A stretch of DNA of 63,065 nt, counting the filler, from Octopus bimaculoides (Eukaryota), in assembly GCF_001194135.2 (NCBI RefSeq). It is 7 parts of 7 records of this genome, joined end to end, with 100 filler letters (N's around TTAATTAATTAA, not from the genome) between each part and the next. Parts side by side here need not be neighbours in the genome. Positions count along the whole stretch, not along the records: positions 8,487 to 37,485 come from NC_068994.1; positions 37,586 to 46,618 come from NC_069006.1; 5 more parts are not named here. One strand, 5' to 3'. The notes below the pieces were generated by a model. It was not told the DNA's origin, searched no databases, and saw nothing but the letters and a program-made list of their open reading frames with translations. Below, piece by piece: positions 27,483-40,212 of this stretch (position 1 is its first letter; every line of letters starts with the position of its first letter). The translations under genes were made by a program, and so were the position numbers.

Positions 27483-27818
27483 TCTTTTATTCTTTTATTA
27501 GATTGTCACCATACTGGAGAACTGCCTTGAAGATTTTAGTTGAACAGTATTTTTTTAAAGTCTGGTACTTGTTCTGTTGGTGTTGTTTTAACCAAATTGC
27601 TAAGTTACGAGGACATAAACAGATTAACACTGGTCGTCAAGCAGTGGTGGAGGGCAAATATGCGCACACACACACACACAAGTTTCGTTGTTTCCATCTC
27701 CCAAATCCACCCACAAGGCTTTGGTTTGCTTGGAGCTATAGTTAAAGGTGCTTGTCCAAGGTGCCATGCAGTGGAACTATGCGGTTGGGAAGCAAACTTC
27801 TTAGCACACAGCCATGCC
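27483..27818 (-). mobile_element. SINE family A, decayed
   Basis: Colinear match. Confidence 0.75.
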
Positions 27819-27832
27819 TTCCCATACACACA

Positions 27833-27904
<72 letters not shown>

Positions 27905-28219
27905 GTTTTTGTTGAGGCAAATTTTCTGTGGCTGGATGCCCTTCCTGATCTTTTTCCAATCCTCACCTTTTTCCAAGCAAGGTGGTATTTCCTCTATATA
28001 GAGGGGAATCCAGCACTTTTACAAGTTTTGGATGCTCTGTATATTAAAAAAAAAAGAAATTGTAGCTCTCTGTCCTTCTTTTATTGTACGAATAATTTTC
28101 TTCATTTTAGGATTAAGATAGACATATCACACACACACCTACATACACACACATTCATACATACATACATATCTACATACATGCTTGTATATTACCTTTT
28201 CCCTGTTTTACCTGCTTTG

Positions 28220-28362
28220 AATTTTTAGTCAAATGAATCGACTGTAGTATTTATTTTTTAAGCCTAGTACTTATATCTGTCACTTTTGCTGAACTGCTAC
28301 ATTATGGGGACATAAACACACTAACACTGGTTGTCAAGAGGCGATGGGACACACACACATAC

Positions 28363-28394
<32 letters not shown>

Positions 28395-28547
28395 GTGATG
28401 GGCTTCATTCTGTTTCCATATATCATATCCACTCAAAGCTTTGGTTGACCCGAGGCTATCGTAGAAGACACTTGCTCAAGGTGTCATGCAGTGGAGCTGA
28501 ACCTGGAACCATGTGTATGGGAAGCAAGCTTCTTACCACACAACTAC
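28220..28547 (-). mobile_element. SINE family A, decayed
   Basis: Colinear match. Confidence 0.75.
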
Positions 28548-30591
28548 ATAACTAGACCATTAACTAGATGTAGTGAAGATACTGTTGGCTAGGAACATAT
28601 TTAGCTTCCAGTATTATTGATTAAATTACACACATGCATAAACAGTATATGTATGTAAAAGATTATAGTCTTTCACATATATTGAGCCTTTTGTTTGTTT
28701 TTACATATAATACTATATAAACACATGGCTCATGCAACTCCCTCTGACACATAGTCCCATCCATTATTGTTTATCATTAGCAGTACTTTTTCTTGTATTT
28801 AGGTTCAATGGATTTTCGTAGTTTAGCTACTAATTGTCATGCTGTTTTTCAAATTAAAACTGCTTCTTTTGATTTCTACTATGATTTATGTTAAGGAACT
28901 AGCAGATTTATTTTTTATTATATTATTATCATTATCATTTTATGTTGTTATCATTTTATATTATTATTATATTATTCAGTTTCTTGAATGGAGGTTGTTG
29001 AGTGATTTGAAAAGCAAACATACACAACCTTAGAGACATATAATTATTACGCTAATTTTCTTTAATTTCTTTGTCAGCAGTTCAACTGTCCTAAGTGAAC
29101 TGTGTGTTATGCAAATGTTGTTTCTCCTTTGTTGATCAAACGAACCTGTCCAACCCATTAAACCCAAATTCTATTGCAGTCATTTCATATTGTTCTTTCC
29201 TCTTAGCTGAGCATTATTAACAATTCTTTGAGGATTTTCTTTTAATGAGCTTGCTATTAAAACTTGATATTTGTGTGGCTTTAATAGTTTGTTTTGGTTT
29301 TCAAATGCTTGTTTAGGTGCAGATTTACTAATCTTTTTTTCAAATTCCTGTTCTTGTATGAACAGATATTAGTTGCAGTAGTTTTATAAATGCTAAGTAG
29401 TTTATCAATATTTTCTAAAGGAAGTATCGCTCTTGACTCTTATTTTCATAGATAATATTTGGCAAATAGAATGTTTAGTAATAATATAAACATAGTGATA
29501 AATACAATTTTTATTATTATTTCAATCTTATTCTTACTGCAAGCTTTCACTGCATAGTTGAGTAGAGTTATTATGGTGTACTACCACCTGACTGTAGGAC
29601 CTTGTTCCAGCAAACATCTGATCAGATTGAAGCACATGCTCTCATTTCTTGAGCAAGGGATAGGTTCTACTGTTCTAGGAGATCCCTTCAGCTGTCAGCT
29701 AAGTTCAATGATTTTATTTGTTAAGAAAGGTTGAGCAGTTTTCCTCTGTCTAATACATATGACAATAGTCAATGTGATGAACAAGATAGTAAGGACTGTG
29801 GACTTGGCTATTTTAAGCCAAGCTCCCAGCAACGTTTTCAAGTACTTTGTTTTCAACTGCTTGAAAAGAACAAGTGTGGAAGAAAGTGCTACATTCTAAT
29901 AATAATAAATAAATTTGCTGAAAGTGAAGAGCAGCAAATCAAGTTTGGCTCGATAGTTTATCTGAATTTTTGTTTGTAAATTCCTTGCGGGAACAAATGT
30001 TATTGTTGGGGTCTTTAGGGATTATGGGGTACCCTATTTTGTTCCAAGTGACTGCCCTGCTTTTGGGATATATACATTATATGTTTTTACTTTCTCTATT
30101 TATCTTTTCAGCTTTACCTGTCTTTGTAATGTCCCCATTCACAGCCCCTGTGGCAAATACAGAACTTCTGAGATCTAATGAGATATATTTTTTTTTTTTG
30201 TCTTTTAAGACAAAAGATGTATTCAAAGTATTCAAGTTGGAATTACTAACTATATGGAAGGAAAATTATAACTTATATTGCAGATAAGATACTTAACATC
30301 TATCTCTAATAGTCAAATTTTCTCTTATAAACTGTTACCATCTTATTTCTTCACATCTCTCTACTAATAAATGACTATATTTAACCCAAGTAGAAACTGG
30401 CTAAAGGAAGACAATATGGTCAGTGTAAGAGATTTGGAAATAAAGGAATTTGAGTTGAACACAAATAAGATGTAATTTAACTGACTCATTTCCATCAATG
30501 ACAGCTTTAAAAAAAAATAATTAAAAAAAGCTAAAATGTAAATGGAGATTTCTTTGAGAGCAAGCATTTTCTGAGAGGTTGTTGTTATAAG

Positions 30592-30788
30592 TTAATAGGA
30601 TGGTAAACAGGCATTGAGGCTGTCAAGCTCGAATATGAGATTGGCAGCAGCTGGGCTGAAACCAACGACTTGTTTTGTTAGGAATTCATTGTCATCAAGC
30701 TTGTCAGTTGCTTCTCTGAATCCATTACCTTTCATGTCTCTTGAAAATTCTTTTGCCAATATTTTAGACTGACAGCTGAGGAAGTTGC
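30592..30788 (-). CDS. Candidate exon on minus strand (NFLSCQSKILAKEFSRDMKGNGFREATDKLDDNEFLTKQVVGFSPAAANLIFELDSLNACLPSY*)
   Basis: ttttatactgtag| acceptor, 65-codon open frame with protein-like composition, and an internal alternative donor AAAG|GTAATG. No recognisable family. Confidence 0.25.
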
Positions 30789-31749
30789 CTACAGTATAAA
30801 AACTTGTGGCATAAATTGTCAAGTTTGTAGGTAAATACAATTGTTTGATATTAAGTATGAAAAAAGCTTGTTTGAAAACTTAGCATTTAAATCTATTTTT
30901 AATGTTTGCTTGTGTTTAGATGACTTTCTCATTTGTAACTTTTGTCATCAATTGTGGTGGTGGTTCTCCACAATCTTGATTGAGTAGATCTATGATTAAA
31001 AGCTTAAAGGTTGTGACCAACCAGTCATTTTGTTTTTCTCTTGTCTTTTAGTGTGTCTTGCATCACATCCAATGTCTTTTTTATATTTTTTAAAGTAGTG
31101 TTGTATAAAGGAAATTTGGCTGCTACTTTTACAAAATGCTATCACATCTGTGTGGTAGAATTTTGTATACCAAAAGAATCATCATATTTGTGTCAATGCA
31201 TCTTTTCTGTTACTAATTATAAAGTTTGTGAATACGTTGAAGTAGCTGCTATGCTTACCTTCAGTGACTGGATGACATCACTGAAGGTAAACATAAATTG
31301 GTTGAGGTGGCTGTGTTGAGAGGGGGAGAAAAGGAAAATTGCTCATAGAAATTGCTATAGTGAGCTTCAGTGAATAGCAAATAAAATTACAGCAACTGGA
31401 AACAAAAACTGTGTGGTGATCTTCAATTGGGATGTGCTTAACTGCTGTTTAGCCCCACCCTCAACTTTATAATCAAAAGTAATTTGTTTGTGATCGTCTC
31501 TTTTTCCCAAGCAGAGTGTATATAAAGTTTACATTATAGAATGTATCTTTTTTTTTTTTTTTTTTTTTTTTGTAAAGATTAGGCGTGGTTTGGAGGAGGT
31601 TTTGTTATTGTTTTCAGGTTATGCAACAAAGTTGAGAAGTATTTCTACCAGGTTGAGCACCCCCTTTAGCTTGAATATGTTTACTATAATGCTATAATGT
31701 TAAGTTGGGAAAATGTAGTAGTAGGACACTTATTGAAAAAGATATTTTT

Positions 31750-32340
31750 TTTACGTGTTTCAGTCACTGGTCTGCAGCCATGCTGAGGCGTTGCCTTGAA
31801 GGGTTTAGTCAAACAAATTGACACCGGTACTTATTTTTTAAGCCTAATACTTATTCTGTCAGTCTCTTTTACTAAACTGCTATAGGGTTGTAAACAAACC
31901 AACACCAGTTGCCAAGTGGTTTGCTGGGAGACAAACACTATGACATGCACATATACAGTAGTACCTTGGTTTTCAAACAACTCTGATCACGAATAAATTG
32001 TGCTTTATATATGTATGGATAGATAGATGTAGATATATATAAAGCACAATTTATTTGTGAGCGGAGGTGTTCATAAACCGAGGTACCACTGTATTAAATG
32101 AATATGAGAAAAATAGGAGATAGAGTACGATTTATTCGTGATCAGAGATGTTCGAAAACTGAGGTTTTGCTGTATACACAGGAGTTTCTTTGTTTCTGCA
32201 TACCAACTCCACTTGCAAGGCTTTGGTTGACCTGGAGCTATTGTAGAAGACACTTGCCTGTGATGCTGCAGAGTGGGCTGCACTGAAGGGCACATAGTTG
32301 GGAAGCAAGCTTCTTAACCACACAGTTGTGCCTGAGCCTA
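31750..32340 (-). mobile_element. SINE family A carrying a MITE insertion
   Basis: The tail half (31750-31950) and head half (32175-32340) flank the MITE. Confidence 0.8.
31956..32172. mobile_element. Tigger-like MITE inserted inside a SINE
   Basis: TA|cagtagtaccttggttttcaaacaactctgatcacgaataaat pairs with atttattcgtgatcagagatgttcgaaaactgaggttttgctg|TA. A second, internal right end finishes at 32091. Confidence 0.75.
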
Positions 32341-32441
32341 AATGTATTTATTAAGATTCTATTCAAAAGTTTACAAATATGGCTCTTTTATTCAAGATCA
32401 ATTGTAATCTTTTATCCACATTAATTATTGATATTTTCAGC

Positions 32442-32878
32442 TCTTTACTCTTTTACTTGTTTCAGTCATTTGACTGTGGCCATGCTGGAGCACCGCCTTT
32501 AGTCGAACAAATCGACCCCAGGATTTATTCTTTGGAAGCCTAGTACTTATTCTATCGGTCTCTTTGCCGAACCGCTGAGTTACGGGGACGTAAACACACC
32601 AGCATCGGTTGTCAAGCGATGCTGGGGGGACAAACACAAACACACACACACACATACATATACATATATATATACATATATACGATGGGATTCTTTCAGT
32701 TCCCATCTACCAAATCCACTCACAAGGCTTTGGTCGGCCCGAGGCTATAGTAGAAGACACTTGCCCAAGGTGCCACNNNNNNNNNNAGTAGAAGACACTT
32801 GCCCAAGGTGCCACGCAGTGGGACTGAACCCAGAACCATGTGGTTGGTAAGCAAGCTACTTACCACACAGCCACTCTC
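32442..32878 (-). mobile_element. SINE family A, young
   Basis: CpG-intact match; a 10-N gap inside has a duplicated overlap. Confidence 0.9.
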
Positions 32879-34038
32879 TACATTATGATAAAGACTAAGT
32901 TAAACTTGATAGTCTTGGAGTGTTAAGATTTTGCTTGGAACTTTACTGTTAGTATCAAGAGTACCAATACAACTTGGGTTATGAATAAACAAATATATGG
33001 ACTTAATTCATTTGTACTCAAATAATTATCCGGTTATCAGCCAATATATCATTACATAATTCAGCTGTGTCAGTCATAATTTTTGTTCAAGCTGCTGAAG
33101 CTAATTTCACAATGAGACAAATATGGATATGAGATATTAATATTAGTATTGATAGTCACTTCTGATTGAAGTTGAAAGAATATATGTATTAGTGTTTTAT
33201 TCTTGCAGTTTTGGACTAATTAAAAAAAAATAACTGTAGACCTCACTGAAAAGTGAATATTATTTGGTACCATGCTTTTGTCAGATGTTTTAGGTACTAA
33301 TGTAATTGTACAAACATAGGTACACATGCCCTTTAAGCTCTCCCTACTTTGACCCAGCTGAACCTTGTTATAACAGCTGATGTGCAAGAGGGCTATACCA
33401 TAGCTCATCTGGTGCTCATTTTCAGCAGGGGACACAATGTACTACCTGATCCATAAAGCAAATCTACAACCTTATGATCTTGATCCCAACACCCTAAGGG
33501 TTAACAAAGGTGTAGATTTTTTTTTTATTTTTTAGTCTTATCTTTGTCAAGGATATTTTGTTGTCACTAGTTGTTCATTAGATAATGTCATTCACTTGGC
33601 ATTGTGTGTCAAACAATAACAATGATATTCCCTATTCAGCTCATAATGAAATCTTTACAATGGTTGGGTGTCTGACCTGCTATATATAACAGTTACATCA
33701 CTCACAAATCTTAAGGCAGGCCACAAGGGATGACAATGTAATCATAGATACACTTCCTGGTTTTAAAAAACGAGAGAAAGATAGTTATGACACTGGATTG
33801 AATTAGGAATAATAGCAACCCTTAACCCGTGGCCTATGCCAGAGGTATAACCAGCCCACTTACGTGTACCTTTCCTTCATTGGACACTAAACTCTGCTTG
33901 CGGAGACCTGTTGAGGCAAATGAAATTGAAATAGAATTCGATGACTGGCAACTGTGCTAGTGGAGCGCTAACAGCACCATCCGAATGTGATTGTTGCAGA
34001 NNNNNNNNNNTGTTAACCTCATCTTTAGCATGTTTATG

Positions 34039-34275
34039 TATTGGGTCATCCCATAAATAATGCGGTTTTTTGTATACTTTTATTTTTCAAAATTAAGATA
34101 AACAAAGTTCATTTTTTAATCTAAAATATACTCTTCTTTATTTTCTACAATGCTCTTCCATCTATCTAGTAGACTTGCAAATCCCATCTTCCAAAATTCA
34201 CTTGTCCGTGACGAAAAATACTCTTCTAGTACTGTTCTGACCTCATCTACAAAATTCATGTTTTTTTGGTCTAAA
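34039..34275 (-). mobile_element. 3' fragment of the same mariner family
   Basis: TIR tattgggtcatcccataaataatgcg. Minus-strand translation NFVDEVRTVLEEYFSSRTSEFWKMGFASLLDRWKSIVENKEEYILD* closely matches 3715-3840. Confidence 0.9.
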
Positions 34276-35866
34276 TGAATGATTTTTTTATTAATCATTC
34301 ATTATCATATAGCTTTGAGATTTTGATGGTGTCATCGTTTATTCTTAGTGAAATTAAAGGGTAGATGGTATTAGCCAGTTTGAACATAAAACATAATATT
34401 TTGGCCAGATATGGCCAGTTTGAATGCTAAAGGTTAAATACAGTCTGGGCCAATAGTACATGTTTGAGAATAAGACACCTGATTAATTAAAATATTGTGT
34501 AAATATAATTAGTACAGTTTAAAGATGAGGGTAACAGTGTATAATTTATGAAGGTATAATCATACCTTTAAGCACAATTCTTGTACATATCTATTACCAT
34601 GACGACTTTATTCTTTTATGAAATAATTTTTCCATCCTATTACTGTTTTCTGACGTTGTTTACTTGTTTAGAAAAATTAAGTGAGAGTGCCACATAATTC
34701 AAGCTAGGATTACTTGAGTTGATTGCCTTTAGCCAATGATGGAGCCACCGTACCAGAAGAATGGAAATACTTTTTGGCACTGGGGGCATATTGGAAGTTC
34801 ATAGGTACCTGAATTTATTTATTTTACCAATTCATAGTTTGTAACTTGTATTTAATTATTCTTTTGGTCTGAAAGTTTAAACAGATGTTACTTTTAAATA
34901 ATGAAAGCCAGTTAGAGAAATCTTTATTAAAATATGCTTCCAGTTTAGCATTCTGCCTTATTATTATTTTTCGTTTTCCTATTATTTCTCCACGTGTGGT
35001 TAACACAACCCCACTATTTACTGACATATATATATATATATGCATACACACAAACATCTGTGTGTAAGTGTATATATGCACACACACACACAGTGCTGTA
35101 ATGCAGTCCTTTGAAGTGCTCTTTTACTTATTCCATTGCATCCTTTTTGACAACATTGTTGTTAACGTGTTCGAAATAGGATGCAGCAATATGATTCTAA
35201 TTTCACTTTCCTCTTTTGTTAACTGTGTATTACCGTAGTTAATTACATAGCTAACATAGCTTCAGGCAAGCATTTTGCTTATTTAGTCTTATTCACATTT
35301 AAGCCTTTTCTATCTTGGCATGTATATATCTTTTTAACCCAATTAGTCCTTAATGGACCTGACATACTACTCTTGATGTGATGTATAGCTTGGTTTCAAC
35401 TTTTCTATTTTCTCTGTTATGTGATGCATTTCTTGTTAGGTGTTCTTCAATTGTTGTTGTTGTTGTTTTTTTTTTCCTGTTAGATCTGAAAACTAATGAA
35501 CATACAAATAAATAAAACTGCAAAACATTTTTCTTTGTTTCCCTGTTGGATTGCAAATTAATGTGAAGATAAATATGGTCATTGCTTTTCCACTGTTTAA
35601 GTGACAATGTGCAATAGCCAACTTTTTTTTTCTTTTCAAATGAAGCTATGGAATATCAATTTCATTCAGTTTATTGAGTTAACTTTCTGGTGCTACACTA
35701 AGGTTAATAGGGTTTGTGTTGTATTGTAACCCTATCGACATGATGATGTGGTGCAGCTTCATAACATATTGAAGTAATGTTGTTGTGCTCTCGGTAAGAT
35801 TCCTATTTATGAGCAGAGCATTGAAGTGTTTGTGATTATGTATTTTATAGCTTCATTAGAGTTTAA

Positions 35867-36294
35867 CCCTTTAGTGTTTAAACTGGTCATATCCGGTCCA
35901 AATATTCTACCTGTTTTATTTTCAAACTGCCCAGGTCTGGCCTCTCACACCTACTCTACAATGCCATTTTAAAAATATACATTCACATCATTGAAATCTC
36001 AAAGCTTTGAGATGAAAGAGGATTAATTCAAAACAGTCATCATTATCATTTAACATCCATTTTCCATGCTGGTATGAGTTGGATGGTTTGACATGGAACT
36101 GGCCAGCTTGGGAGTATGTCCAGGCTCCAGTTGTTTGTTGTGGTATAGTTTCTATGGCTGGATGCCCTTTTTATGTGCCACTGGCACAGGTGTGTTCATG
36201 CAGTATGGGCATGAGTGTGTTTATGCAGCACCAGTGTCTGTAAAGGACAAGCCTTAGTTGTAGTGTACATTTAAGTCGTCTGAATGCTAAAGGG
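35867..36294. mobile_element. piggyBac-type MITE interrupted by an RTE-tail repeat
   Basis: TTAA|CCCTTTAG ... CTAAAGGG|TTAA. A related right end occurs at about 34290-34436. Confidence 0.8.
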
Positions 36295-36479
36295 TTAAAA
36301 GAGTAAATACTGTTTTCTTGAGCAGTATTTGAGAGATGTGGTGTTTATTGCTTGGACATTAGATTTACAGTTAAAAAAAAAAAAAAAACTTGCTCTTTGT
36401 ACAAAATGAGCAAACATTCTGTTGGGTTGTGATCATGGCTGTGTGGTTAAGAACTTTGCTTTACAGTAGAAAGAGACTT

Positions 36480-37130
36480 CACAGGATATTCTGGGTGAGA
36501 GACCCTATATCCTACAGCTATTGCTCCTCTTATTTCGATGACTATTTTGTCATACTTGCACCTGTGGGCAGCATTCTCCAGCACCATTTGTCACCAATCA
36601 TCATGTTTCTAGTTCTTTGTTATTTCTTTCACAAGGTTCAATTTCACCTCACCACTTTGCTGTATATCTTCATAGGTCATTCTCTTCTACAGGTTTCATC
36701 TGCCTTCAGCAATTAAAATTTCTATTGACACTCCAGATAGATCACCTGTTCATATCTGTGTAGTCTTCTTTCTTGTGCACTACATCTGAGTCCTCATCAA
36801 GGTTTTTTTTTATTGGCCTTTGTGCTTTATTGTTCATGCCAACCAACGTTACATATCCAATAGAACATGCTTGCTTCATTTCTTCTTTCATTACAAATCT
36901 TCCACTGTCGAGTCTAATTCTCACTACTCTGCAGCATTGTGCTCTGTACACAAACATCATGCAACCTGCCCTTCAGTTTGAGAAAGACAATAGAGGGAAA
37001 TAGTCCTATGACCTCTCCCACTTTCTCACCCTCTCCACTGCTTTTCATACATTCACCTCAACTGCTGATTAGGTCACCTATTTAGTAAAAACTATTAACT
37101 TTTAGTGTGTCTTCCAAGTATTTCTTCTTA
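36480..37130 (-). mobile_element. Possible highly decayed LINE endonuclease fragment
   Basis: GC-richer block. Minus-strand GYVTLVGMNNK loosely recalls the APE motif 'iv.GDFNAK'. Weak. Confidence 0.3.
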
Positions 37131-38124
37131 CTACTTGAATGCTAGGCAAGGAGGTTTAATAAAATTATTTTACTGCCTCCTGCAGATATAACTGGGATAG
37201 TTTTCTGAGATTTAATTTTGTTTCTGTCTGGAATCACAGATATTCTTCAGCAGTTTGGATTTTTTTATTAAGTGCCTTGTTTAGAGTTTGGTTCATTGTA
37301 GCATATCCTGCTATGTATTTTTTTTTTCCCTTTGCCATTGAGTGCTAGGACAGTTTCTCAGTTTTGTATAAACTCTGTTCTAGCCACATCCTGGTTTGTT
37401 TAACCATGTCAATAGCACGTTAATTCCTGAAACAACACTTAAAGGAATTTTGCTTTCTCAAACAATTTCCTGAACATCAACAATGNNNNNNNNNNNNNNN
37501 NNNNNNNNNNNNNNNNNNNNNNNNNNNNNTTAATTAATTAANNNNNNNNNNNNNNNNNNNNNNNNNNNNNNNNNNNNNNNNNNNNATATATATATATATA
37601 TATATATACAATTTAATAATAAGGGTAGAAATTGATATTAATCAATTAAAACCAGTGGTCTAGCATATTTAAAAAAATCCGAAGATTAAAATTATATTAC
37701 ATACAAAAATAAGAGCAATATGTTCTCAATTCTGAGAACATATTCTTCGTGGTTAGGTGATTAGGCATCTATTTCTAGCATATAGGAGTCCACTTTTGCT
37801 GGTCATTCCTCTTATTTTTTATGTTGGTGCCACATAAAAAAATCACCTAATACATGCTATAATGTGGTTGGTGCTATAAAGAGTATCCAGCAGTAGAAGC
37901 CATGCCAAAGCAGACACTGGTGTTTGGGTGATAGCTGTAAATGAGTGTCACTGTTATGCAAGCAGTGTCATTCTTTTTCAATATTCTGTGAAAAGATAAA
38001 TGGCCATGGGAAAATATTTCCTTGCTTGAACATAGATCAAGGTTGGCAGCAGGAAGGACATCCGAATGTAAAAAATCTCTGTCTCAATAAACTCTCTCCT
38101 ACTCATGGAAGCATGGAAAATCAT

Positions 38125-38520
38125 CATCATCATCATCGTTTAACATCTCTTTTCCATGCTAGCATGGGTTGGACGATTTGACTGAGGACTGGTGAACCAA
38201 ATGGCTACACCAGGCTCCAATCTAATTTAGCAGAGTTTCTACAGCTGGATGCCCTTCCTAACACCAACCACTCCGAGAGTGTAGTGGGTGCTTTTACGTG
38301 CCAGTCAGGTGGTACTGGCAACGGCCATGCTCAAAATTTTATGTGCCACCTGCACAGGAGCCAGTCCAGTGGCACTGGCAATAATCTCGCTCGAATGTCT
38401 TTTCACGTGCCAGGAAGGCGACGACGCTGGTAACAACCACGCTCAAATAGTGCTATTTACGTGCCACCGGCACAGAAGCCAGACAGCTGCTCTGGCAACG
38501 ATCACGCTCGAGTGGTGCTC
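38125..38520 (-). mobile_element. RTE-type 3'-tail repeat (family E)
   Basis: ctgtaaagtggttgg...aggaagggcatccagctg...aacccatgctagcatggaaaa...ttaaa(tga)n motif; also at about 12132-12283(+), 25882-25990(-), 36045-36240(-) and 39255-39545(+). Confidence 0.75.
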
Positions 38521-38730
38521 TTAAATGATGACGACGACGATGATAATCATAAATTTCCGGAAACCAACCAGATGAAGTGTCCTGCCAAACAGATTTTATT
38601 CTTATCAGGAAATGGGCGAGAGAGACAGATGTTGGTCGTACTTGCAACTAAGTCCCTTCCTGAGAGAAGGAAGGTGTGGAAGCTAAAACATACTTCTGTT
38701 AAATAAATGTTGTTCAGAGAGATTCTAGAT

Positions 38731-39009
38731 CAGTGGTTTTCAAACTGTGGTACGCAAGGACAAGACAGGGGGTCCGTGGACAGCAAATACTTTTTATGGG
38801 CAATTTGATTCTATATATGTCTTTTAATAGAAATCTTCTAATTGACAATAAACCTATTTGTTAAATACTGTTAAATAAACAAATGTAAAAATATATGTTA
38901 TTCTAAGCAAATATTTATGTATAAATTTCATAAGCGTTTATAAGGGGGTCCCTAAGGTAAAGCCTGAAATATAAAGGGGTCCGCAAGTCAAAAAGTTTGA
39001 AAACCCCTG
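38731..39009. mobile_element. hAT (Charlie-like) MITE, 279 bp
   Basis: TIRs CAGTGGTTTTCAAACT / AGTTTGAAAACCCCTG with a perfect 8-bp TSD TTCTAGAT (38723-38730, 39010-39017), matching the Charlie NTCTAGAN target preference. Confidence 0.9.
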
Positions 39010-39564
39010 TTCTAGATAATATCTATGATGAGAAGGAGGACTTAGAGATCTATATCTGAGGAGGAGAAGGAGTTAGAAATTAATAGTTGTTAACTCTCTT
39101 TCTTTCTTTATCTGTCTCTCTCTGGCCAGGTAACCATGTACCTTCTCTTCAGCAAAAGACCTGTCTCTCTGTCACACTTAACCTCTCATCATCAGACACA
39201 AGATCACCTCCTTGAAAGCCCCGTCCCCTCTCAAAGGATCTTTGTCTTGCAAATTACTTGGTGACCTTGCTAGTGCTCTCTACACTGTAAAGTGGTTGGC
39301 ATTTGGAAGGGCATTCAGCTGTAAAAACCATGCCAAAACTTATCCTGCCTGTGCTGGTGCCATGTAAAAAGCACCCAGTCCATTCTGTGGGGCTGGTTGA
39401 TTTTAGGAATGGCATCCAACCATAAAGACCCTGCCAAAACAGACACAGAAGTCTGCTGCAGTCTTCTGCCTGGCCAGCTTCTATCAAGCTGTCCAACCCA
39501 TGCCAGCATAGAAGGCGGATGTTAAACAACAATGATGATGAACAACTAGTAGTTACAGTGAGGT

Positions 39565-39860
39565 TATCTGCTGAAAGCTCCTGACAAGGCTTGGGGCCAG
39601 GGCAAGGCACCAGCTAGGCAAAAAGTAACATGTTGGTGGAATACTACTGTGGATAGAGTCATAAAAACTAAAAGACAGGCCTGGAAAGAACGGAAGAAAG
39701 TAGGGAGGCGGCAATGAGAAATACCATGTTGCTTGAAGAGAAGCGAGATGACAAGTGTACATACTGTGGAGAGAAGCTGAAAGGAGAAGACTTGCAGTAG
39801 TTTTGAGCTGGGAAGATCAGAGGTATGAAGAGGTCTGAATTGTAATGCAGTGTGTTGTGG
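39565..39860 (+). mobile_element. RTE LINE internal fragment
   Basis: Translates approximately TCWWNTTVDRVIKTKRQAWKE..., typical of the linker between APE and RT in RTE ORFs. Confidence 0.55.
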
Positions 39861-39957
39861 TTGTATATAGTCAGTACAAGTTGCGTGTATATTATTACAA
39901 GAGTATATATAAAGAATGAAGAATAAATTCAAGAACTATATATTTACTACATAAAAA

Positions 39958-40212
39958 TATTGGGTTAGTGCATAATTATTGCGGCTTTTTTTTTCAACAA
40001 ATTTTATTCAACAAAAACAAGAACAATATTTAACAAAAACATCTTTAAATGACAGTCTGACCGTCTACCAAACAAATGGGAAACAGTAATTGAAGTAGAT
40101 GGTGAATATGCTCTGGAATAATAATTTAAAGATGTTTTTGTTACATGTTATTATTGTTTGTGCTGAATAAAATTTGCTGGAAAAGCCACAATAATTATGC
40201 ACCAACCCCATA
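39958..40212. mobile_element. Mariner-derived MITE with long inverted arms
   Basis: tattgggttagtgcataattattgcggc...gccacaataattatgcaccaacccca(ta). Arms extend inward (aacaaaaacatctttaaat / atttaaagatgtttttgtt). The centre translates LPNKWETVIEVDGEYALE*, a mariner C-terminus. Confidence 0.8.

Noticed and set aside
32749-32814. 28-nt direct repeat agtagaagacacttgcccaaggtgccac
   Set aside because: It flanks a 10-N gap within one SINE; unmerged contig overlap.
37717-37744. 12-bp perfect hairpin aatatgttctca-attc-tgagaacatatt
   Set aside because: Short and AT-rich, expected occasionally by chance; intrinsic terminators are not relevant in this eukaryotic context.
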